In this document: positions 23,448 to 31,985 of the stretch, piece by piece | How the letters are laid out: each line of letters begins with the position of its first letter | Position numbering within the stretch: position 1 is the stretch's first letter | Assembly: GCF_006345805.1 (NCBI RefSeq) | Contig: NW_021832164.1 | Span: 1 to 31,985, forward strand | From: Octopus sinensis | Taxonomy: Eukaryota | Length of the DNA stretch: 31,985 nt | Direction of reading: 5' to 3' | Notes under the pieces: model-generated | What the model was told of the DNA's origin: nothing | Seen by the model: the letters and a program-made list of their open reading frames with translations, nothing else | The model's database searches: none | Made by a program: the position numbers and the translations under genes

Positions 23448-25252
23448 TATATCAGGAATCACTCAGAAAATTCGGAAATCCCCTTTCCCAAAACACAAAA
23501 GAAAACTTGAAAAGATATTTGGATGACTAATTAATTCTATGAAATGACAACGTGGAGAAACTCTAGGAATTCAAAAGACTTCTCAACAGCATGAATACAA
23601 ATATACAATTTACAAAGGAACACAACAAGAAGGAAATCAATTTTATAGACACACTAATCAAAAAAGTAACTAAAAAATAGAAACCGACATATTTTACAGA
23701 ACTACAGACACGAAACAATTCTCATGCACCAGAGATATATTAAAATAAATGTCCCATTCAATCTAAAGAGAATAATCTACACTACAATGTCAGAAAAAAA
23801 CATCAGAGAACTCAGACGACAAGAACTTAAAAACATACGTACTCACTCTAAAAATCAAAACAACGTACTCACTCTAAAAATATTACCTTATATTTCCACA
23901 GACAAGCCCCCAAAACAATGAATCATATAACGCTATTATCAAAAACCTTCCAATACGACATAAGGACATTAAACTGTATGAAATCCTACGCACCCATAAA
24001 ATTATTTAAAGTAACAATCAGCCAAAACTACTCAAGCGGATACTCATAAATGAAAAAGGATGCTAAAAATAACGGAAAAATGTGGATGACCAAACTGAAA
24101 TATGTCCCAACATAATAGAAGACTCAGAATTCCATTTTAAACAAGAAAAAATTATAAAATTAAAACTGCCTTCACTTGCGCCTCTGAAAATCTTATCTAC
24201 GTCATAACATGGTCCAGCTGCAGTACGAACTATATCGGCTCAATAGAAATGTCCCAAAGACGTAGATCTACACTACACAGGCAACAAATTTACCATCCGC
24301 ATAAGTCAAATACCACTCAGTGGTCACATAGATATGCAAAGGAACGTCAACCACTATTCACAATATTCCCACCTCAACTCAATAATCCCTGGATAGGCTT
24401 TAGAACATTTAATCCATCGCTACATTTGAATGCATCGCTACGTAGACACCTACGCAGACGACTTTTCATGATGTCTCAAGTACAGAGAATGTACACAAAG
24501 GGCACTCTATATCACTATCGAACCTCGTCTGGAGGCTCAAACAGAATGGACTGGAACATAAGACCCACTTGTTTATTATATGAAAAATAAAAAAAATAAC
24601 GCTGCAGCGTACAACGAAACAAGTTATGTCTGGAAGAAACTCTGATAACCATCATATCCAGGGTAAATGGTGATAAAATAGACACTCTGAGGTGATCATA
24701 TCATGTAAACAAAAAGGCAAAACATCGTTTCTGGGATTAAAAAAAAATTTGAAATGGAATAACATCAGACGCCTTTAGCATATTATATAATAAGGAAGGA
24801 ACACAAACAAATAAACAAACAAGTCAATATTTAGGATGCTATACTACTGTACCGCCAGAAAAGCTATACCACTGTACCACCAAAAACAATTAGAAGTCTC
24901 CCTAAGAAAGTATCATTTATCAATTCTGACAATGAGCTCCTACAACTGATGGCTGTAGTCGCTGTACTGGCTGACCTGTTTACTTCAGAATTCATTGAAG
25001 ATAGTCATGCCTTAAATGAGATCGAACAAAGGAATGTACCACCCATCCTTCACATCTACAGACAGAATTGCAATATAAATCCAGCATCATTACACACATC
25101 CATCCCCATATAATTGCCATTCCGTCCTCTCTTTCCATCACTTTCCCTGCCTCCCCAACAAATACACACAGAAATACCCACATAACTCAACCAACCTTCT
25201 CACTGGTCAAAAACGGACAAGCATCGCTCTGGTAAGCATCCACTAATGTTAT

Positions 25253-25387
25253 ATCACCTGAAGAAATGACTCCATGAAGAGGGATCTACCCGATACCCAC
25301 GGATAATACGAGCTACATTGTAATAATCCCAGGAATACAGACAGTGATCTTAAGAGACATGTGATTTCTGGAAACGCACGTAGCGAT
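25253..25387 (+). ncRNA. Decayed hammerhead at the 3' end of the PLE
   Basis: atcac-CTGAAGA...GAAAC-gcac-GTA-gcgat; one mismatch each in stems I and III, stem II unclear. Confidence 0.4.
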
Positions 25388-25418
25388 GCATTAAATGTTT
25401 ATAAATTGCATCCAAGGA

Positions 25419-25598
<180 letters not shown>

Positions 25599-26062
25599 TA
25601 ATTTTTTTCCAAAGCTCATCAAAGAAAATGTTTGGAAGCTTGTCGAACTGATTGCACTTATGTTTCAAAAGGATTTCTCTATCACACGCTGTTTCTACTT
25701 GAGAATAGCATTAAGGATACATATATTTCTGGAATATTCAACCGTTTATACGTTAATTCAATGAATAGGCTCTTCTATTCATTGAACAATTGATCACACA
25801 TTGTCGAAACTGTCAGAGATCCTATAGCTTTTTGGTGGAGGAGGGTAAAGAGTGTAGTTAGTTAGTGAGGTAGCTTGGTAAGGGGTGCAGCTATAATTAT
25901 TGCTCAAGTAACTTTTGACATTGCTAGAATTTTAGAATTTGTAGGATATTATACTGTTTGTAGTTGAAAATACTTTAGAAGATGCTTATTTATGTGCTTA
26001 CATTTGGATATTACCCCTGATCTTTGAAAAGCTATATCAACTTTTAAGAAGATTGAAGTTAC

Positions 26063-26253
26063 CTTTAAGTTTTCATCGATCATCTTTAAAGATTCGAACT
26101 GAAGTTTTCCGAAAGTAGCAGCTAGTTCGAATCTTACATTCCTCTCATCCCAAAAAGTGGGATCATTTTCTAGTTCATCAATGATTTCATTCGGGGTTCG
26201 CAAATGAAGAACTTCATTTACAACCTCTTCATCAGTTTTGCTTACTCCTTTTG
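26063..26253 (-). CDS. Internal coding exon of host gene (KGVSKTDEEVV...MIDENLK)
   Basis: Acceptor ctctctttatcattgtcaaacag|CA, donor AAG|gtaact, 191 nt, phase 1-0; compatible with exon 22502-22690. Confidence 0.7.
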
Positions 26254-26543
26254 CTGTTTGACAATGATAAAGAGAGTGATCAGCAGGTAATATACAATAT
26301 AGTACAATATACAATACACGTTGTATAAAATTTCAACAAATCTTATAAAAGACTCGTCATAGCAGGAGATTGTAAGGAAAGAAACTGAGTTTGTATGCAT
26401 GTGGAGAAGCGGGGAAATCGTTTACGTTGAGGTTAAAAACAGTGGTTAAGAGAATGGATCCCTGTCGTATTCCATCAGAGAAATAAATGGTTCTGAAAGT
26501 GTTGTTCTGTTACACTGCATACTTTTGATGACCAGAGAGGATG

Positions 26544-26791
26544 TTTACTTATTCTTTTACTTGTTTCAGACATTTTATTGCTGCCATGCTGGAGCACCAC
26601 CTTAAATCGAGCAAATTGACCCCAGGACTCATTATTTTTAAGCGTAGTACTTCTTCTATCGGCCGCTTTTGCCGAACCGCTAAGTTACGGGGACGTAGAC
26701 ACACTACCATCGCTTGTCAAGCGACGGTTGGGGGGACGAACACAGGCACACAAACATATACATATATATTATATATATATATATATAGATT

Positions 26792-26825
<34 letters not shown>

Positions 26826-26965
26826 CGACGGGCTTTTTTCAGTTTCCGTCTACCAATCCGAGACTATAGCAGAAAACACTTGCCCAAGGTGCGATGCAGT
26901 GGGAATGAACCCGGAACCATGTTGCTGGTAAGCAAGCTACTTCCTACACAGCCAACCCTGCGCCT
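26544..26965 (-). mobile_element. Family 2 SINE, near full length
   Basis: Collinear with 12561-12968. Confidence 0.85.
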
Positions 26966-27279
26966 ATTAAACATAATTTAGTGCTGAGTAATGCTTTTAC
27001 TTTAGTTGAGTGAATAAGAAAGAATAATGAAGGGTAGAATCGCAGACATCGTTTATGCTGATGCTAATTAGAGTCAGGGTGCGTGACGTGGGTGATTAAG
27101 GTATGGCAATCGTGATCGCAAGATCGTGGTATCAATTCACTGATCGGGTTGTGCGTTCGGTTCTTCAGCAAAACCATTCATTTTACGTTGCTCGTACAGG
27201 CAGAATCATTTTGTGGAAGGGAGCGATCTTAATCTACTACAGGACAAATATTTGTGCAGGTTTTTCAGGAAGCATGTGT

Positions 27280-27318
<39 letters not shown>

Positions 27319-27712
27319 TATATACAGACATAAGACGCATGCTTATATTGTTGTATTTCGGGCCGGTCATATTTGTTTTGCCAAATAAACACACGCACTA
27401 TATATTTGTTCTTCAATCGTTCATTACTGTTCTTACAGTTCTTCATTGTCCGGAAATCTTTCGTCACACATTTGTGGTCTCATCAGAGACACATTCCCTT
27501 CTCATTTGTACTCCTTCTCTGCTTAGGACAATGGATTTGAGTTAAAATAAGAATCGTAATAAACGAGTGTGAAACGAATATATAGAACGTGTTCGGCAAT
27601 AAAAAAAAAATACTATTCCGAAATACAACAATGCGTCTTTCAACACACAGTTTCACATCAGGAATCTTGGACACTAATTCACAAACGTATAAATACATAC
27701 ATACATACATAC

Positions 27713-27783
<71 letters not shown>

Positions 27784-27870
27784 GTGTGTGTGGTGTGTGT
27801 GTATAATATATATATATATATATATATATACTTACATACATATATATACATACATACATACATACATACG

Positions 27871-27918
<48 letters not shown>

Positions 27919-27975
27919 CTTACATACATATATACATACATACATACATACATACAACACACACACACACACACA

Positions 27976-28019
<44 letters not shown>

Positions 28020-28795
28020 GGGTGTGTGTGATTGTGTATAGAAGAATATTTAATAAAGGGAATTCCAAACTTGTCTGATTTTCACGTTTTATTTACAATC
28101 TTATAATGATATAAGATAATATCATATAATAAAATAAAATAAAATAATAGAATGTTAAATGTTCATTCTGATTGAACTAGTACTTTCATGCATTAAATTC
28201 TGCAATCTTCAGGTTCATGTTGTAGTGGTGACAGTCATGCTTCACAATTTTTGACTGTAGCGAGATGATTGAATCTGTGCTTTAAATACACCTGTGTGGG
28301 CTCCAGGGTGCTAGGTTTTGCAAACTGTATTCTGACCAGTCTGTGTGTAGTATCACTCAATTACTTAAGTGATTGGTTTAGGCGTCACGCTTTGTTGGAC
28401 ATGTCACGAGTCCTGTATTTTAACCCTAGCCGAGGCAGCAATTGTTGGGCTATTTTTAGAAATGTTGTAAATAGCCTTTGTCAGAGATTTTTATATTTTT
28501 ATATTTCAATTGTCATCATCATCATTGTCAGCACCTTAATTATTGTTGCTAGTGGTGATGCTGGTGGCAATAGAACTTTTAACCCTAAATAAGATAATTT
28601 TCCTGCTGTCTAAGTAATATTATTATTGCTTATTTAGCTTGGGTTCGAATTTATCAATAAAATTCTTTTCTCTGATTTTCCTCTCGATTTCACTTGGGCT
28701 GTGTAATTGGTAGAATGAAAATATATATATATTTTCCGACCACATGTTGCTAGGTGGTTACTCAAAGGTATCTGAAGGACCTCTGGGTCTCTAAT

Positions 28796-28837
<42 letters not shown>

Positions 28838-28839
<2 letters not shown>

Positions 28840-29180
28840 GTACATAATGGGGCAAGAACGCAAAATATCCAGAAGACGATACAAAAAACACGGACGGGTC
28901 ATTCGAAGCCTTTAATCTTCAGTCAAGAATCGGATCATCCTCGCAATTTCGGCTGATAAATATTGAGATTGCTCCAATCTGGCCAGCCCCAAGGAAAAAC
29001 TAAGCTAAGAGCATTAGATTTCTTGGAAAGAAGCTTCGAATGTATACAAAACAAGGACGGAAAAACGGACGATGTTATACGAATATAAATACAAAAAATA
29101 ATTCGAAAAAACAATAATAATAATAACAGGACATCAAAACAGGCATCTTTCGACTGGAAATGAATTGAAGTCAGCTGGCG
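28838..29180 (-). mobile_element. Copy 3 of the permuted-HHR repeat
   Basis: Motif at 28907-28972 with CUGAAGA core and one stem I mismatch; outer inverted repeat 28900-28909 / 29033-29042. Confidence 0.7.
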
Positions 29181-29409
29181 TGTTATATATGTATATAAAT
29201 TTATATATGTATATAAATATTTATCTGTATAGACATACATTATAACAGCAATTCGGCCATGTTAAACTATTTACAAAGTAAGTCCAGTTAGGTTCAGAAA
29301 TGACATAAGAACCTGTTTGAGTCCAATAAAGCTACACCGAAGGAAAGAAACAAATATAAAAGAAAAACAGCAAGAAAGAACAAAAATACTGGATAGGAAC
29401 AATATGCAG

Positions 29410-30135
29410 AATGCTAAGCTTGGTACCTTGGACAAGTTTCTTCTACTATAAACCCGAACCAGCCTTGTGAGTGGATAGGTTAACGGAAACTGTGCGGAGG
29501 CCGTCGTCTCCCACTCTCTCTCTCTCTGTATATATTCTTTTATTCTTCTACTTGTTTCAGTCATTTGATTGCGACCATGCTGGAGCACCACCTTTAGCCG
29601 ATCAAATCAACCCCTGGACTTATTCTTTGTAAGCCTGGTACTTGTTCTATCTGTCGCTTTTGCCGAACCACGAAGTTACATGGACATAAACACACCAACA
29701 TCGGTTGTCAAGCGACGGTTGGGGAGGGGCAAACACACCGAGAAATGCATATATACGACGGGCTTCTTTCAGTTTCCGTCTACCAAATCCACTCACAAGG
29801 CTTTTGTCGACCCGAAGCTACAGTAGAAGACATTTGTCCAATGTGCCATACAGTGAGACTGAACCTGGAATAATGTGGTTGGGAAGTAAGCTTCTTATCA
29901 AACGGCCAATATATATATATATATATGGATATACGTATATGTATATATGCACACACGCGTGTGTGTGTGTCTTTGTGTTTGACCCTTACTACCGCTGAAC
30001 AATCGTTGCCCGTGTGCTTACATCCCCATAACTTAGTTTCTGGCAAAAGAGACCGACACAATAAAAAGTAGATTTAAATGAAAGTATAAGTGCTGGGGTC
30101 AATTTGTTCGACTAAGCCCTCTAAAGCAGAGCACC
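29410..30135. mobile_element. Cluster of family 2 SINE pieces in both orientations
   Basis: Plus fragment ~29410-29510, minus copy ~29535-29905, plus fragment ~29960-30135. Confidence 0.75.
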
Positions 30136-30301
30136 AGCTCGACCGTAGGGGTGGCTATGAGGAAAGGAGCTTTGCTTTCCAGCCCAGGATCTGCCCTATA
30201 GACTTGGACCGACCAATGACTTGTAACTGGATTATAATGATAGAAACTGAAAAAAAAAAATCCATCGTAGTCATATATATATATATATCTATATCTATAT
30301 C

Positions 30302-30384
<83 letters not shown>

Positions 30385-30464
30385 TGGAAACAGCTGTTAG
30401 AGCTCTTTATAAATGTTCTGAAATATTATATATATATTATATATAATTCTGAGATTTATATATA

Positions 30465-30495
<31 letters not shown>

Positions 30496-30499
30496 ATAA

Positions 30500-30531
<32 letters not shown>

Positions 30532-30600
30532 CATATCAAATTACCAGCATGAGATAAAAATCCATGGGTAAAAGATTTCAGAACATTTATAAAGAGAATT

Positions 30601-30646
30601 TCTTACACCTGTTTCCGGGATATTTTATATATCCCTTCATCAGAGA
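30601..30646 (-). ncRNA. Minimal type I hammerhead motif
   Basis: UCU-CUGAUGA-A-GGGAUAU-auaaa-AUAUCCC-G-GAAA-CAGGU-GUA/AGA; stem III palindrome has one mutation. Confidence 0.55.
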
Positions 30647-30831
30647 CGGTGTGAGAAAATGTTTAAGTAACAGTTTTTATAGAGAAGATATGAAATACGG
30701 AGTGCATATAAATTTCCTGTACCTTGTGTGTAAGTTCTAATAGCATATAAAATTGGTCATTCCGAGCATAGAGTTTGTAAACGGTGTTATTGAATTTAGG
30801 TTTTTTTTAACTATATGTACGTACGCATGTA

Positions 30832-30872
<41 letters not shown>

Positions 30873-30971
30873 ATATATATATATATATAGATATATATAT
30901 ATATGTATGTATGTACGTAGGTAATATATGTATGTATGTACGTATATATATGTATATATATGTATACATAC

Positions 30972-31018
<47 letters not shown>

Positions 31019-31087
31019 TACATATATAATGAATATAAGTATTATAACATATGCATATATACATATATGTTTATATACCTCTCTATA

Positions 31088-31126
<39 letters not shown>

Positions 31127-31132
31127 CATACA

Positions 31133-31166
<34 letters not shown>

Positions 31167-31287
31167 CTTACATACTATGGACAATATGTCCAATTTTTCC
31201 GGCATATTTGGCATTAGAAATTTTTTCGTTTGGCCTTATTTATAAGATTTTATATAAATATATATATATTATTATATATATTATATA

Positions 31288-31393
<106 letters not shown>

Positions 31394-31415
31394 TCTATAT
31401 ATATATATAATATAT

Positions 31416-31463
<48 letters not shown>

Positions 31464-31488
31464 TATATAATATATGTATATATATATA

Positions 31489-31717
31489 GGCAATGGCCCA
31501 GTGGTTAGGGCAGCGGAACTTGCGGTCGGAGGATCGCGGTTTCGATTCCCAGACCGGGCGTTGTGTGTGTTTATGAGCGAAAACACCTAAAAGCTCCACG
31601 AGGCTCCGGCAGGGGATGGTGGTGATCCCTGCTGTACCTTTCACCACTCTAAAGGCGGTGCTCCAGCATGGCCACAGTCAAATGACTGAAACAAGTACAA
31701 AAAAAAAAAAAAAAAAA
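31489..31717 (+). mobile_element. tRNA-derived SINE (family 3) with poly(A) tail
   Basis: A box tggcccagtgg, B box ggtttcgattcc, tail cagtca-aa-tgactgaaacaagtac(A)n. Confidence 0.88.
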
Positions 31718-31830
31718 TATATATATATAATTATATTATATATATATATATATATTATATATATAATATATATATATATAATTACTTAAATTACTTCAAT
31801 TATTTGTCAGCATTTTCTTCATTTCCTTAT

Positions 31831-31866
<36 letters not shown>

Positions 31867-31985
31867 CTATGCATAGATCGAAAAAGAAAAACATAGAAAA
31901 CGAAATTTTTTTTGAACAACCAAAGAACAAATAGAGAACGAGACAGGCAACATAAAAAAAACATTCCCTTCATCAGTTCTCCCCT

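Larger units (their letters stand above)
23080..25390 (+). mobile_element. Decayed Penelope-like element (RT + GIY-YIG, 3' region with relic HHR)
   Basis: QQKFGVAMG...NLTMGYLE (~23140-23215), KRYLDD (23510-23527), LNSMNTNIQFTKE..INFIDTLI, TDIFY, NVPFNL; FTCASENLIYVIT..C...YIG (24171-24240); many frameshifts. Confidence 0.85.

Noticed and set aside
26229-26235. CTGATGA on the minus strand inside a host exon
   Set aside because: Encodes T-D-E; no matching GAAA, stem III or stem I.
28270-28600. ORF 28269-28592 and an opposite-strand frame as a possible upstream exon
   Set aside because: The minus-strand frames contain several stops and give no phase-1 donor I could match; no recognisable domain.
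31489-31560. tRNA gene
   Set aside because: A and B boxes are present but run into a SINE body and poly(A) tail; repeated at 23224-23447.
31955-31985. CTGATGA-AGGGAAT on the minus strand at the window end
   Set aside because: No downstream GAAA or stem III found; at most a truncated relic.

Overview
Eukaryotic, repeat-saturated genomic DNA. The SINE families and (TA)n load suggest an octopod cephalopod (inference). Four minus-strand exons of an unrecognised host gene (26063-26253, 22502-22690, 10610-10822, 8507-8698) have canonical splice sites and compatible phases. The introns and flanks hold CR1-group and R4/Dong LINE fragments, a decayed Penelope-like element (PLE), tRNA-derived SINEs and a mariner-type MITE. 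The standout is a dense set of hammerhead ribozyme (HHR) motifs. (i) An intronic tandem array of a ~473-bp non-coding, hairpin-rich unit carries one type I HHR per unit: 7 copies in two divergent inverted arms at 13031-16340, resembling a retrozyme/circRNA system. (ii) A dispersed repeat carries an apparently non-circularly permuted HHR (3834-3899, plus two more copies, one with compensatory changes). (iii) A 707-bp near-perfect palindrome has an HHR on each arm. (iv) Several other minimal HHR families have palindromic stem III. All ribozyme calls are from manual base-pairing; activity is untested.
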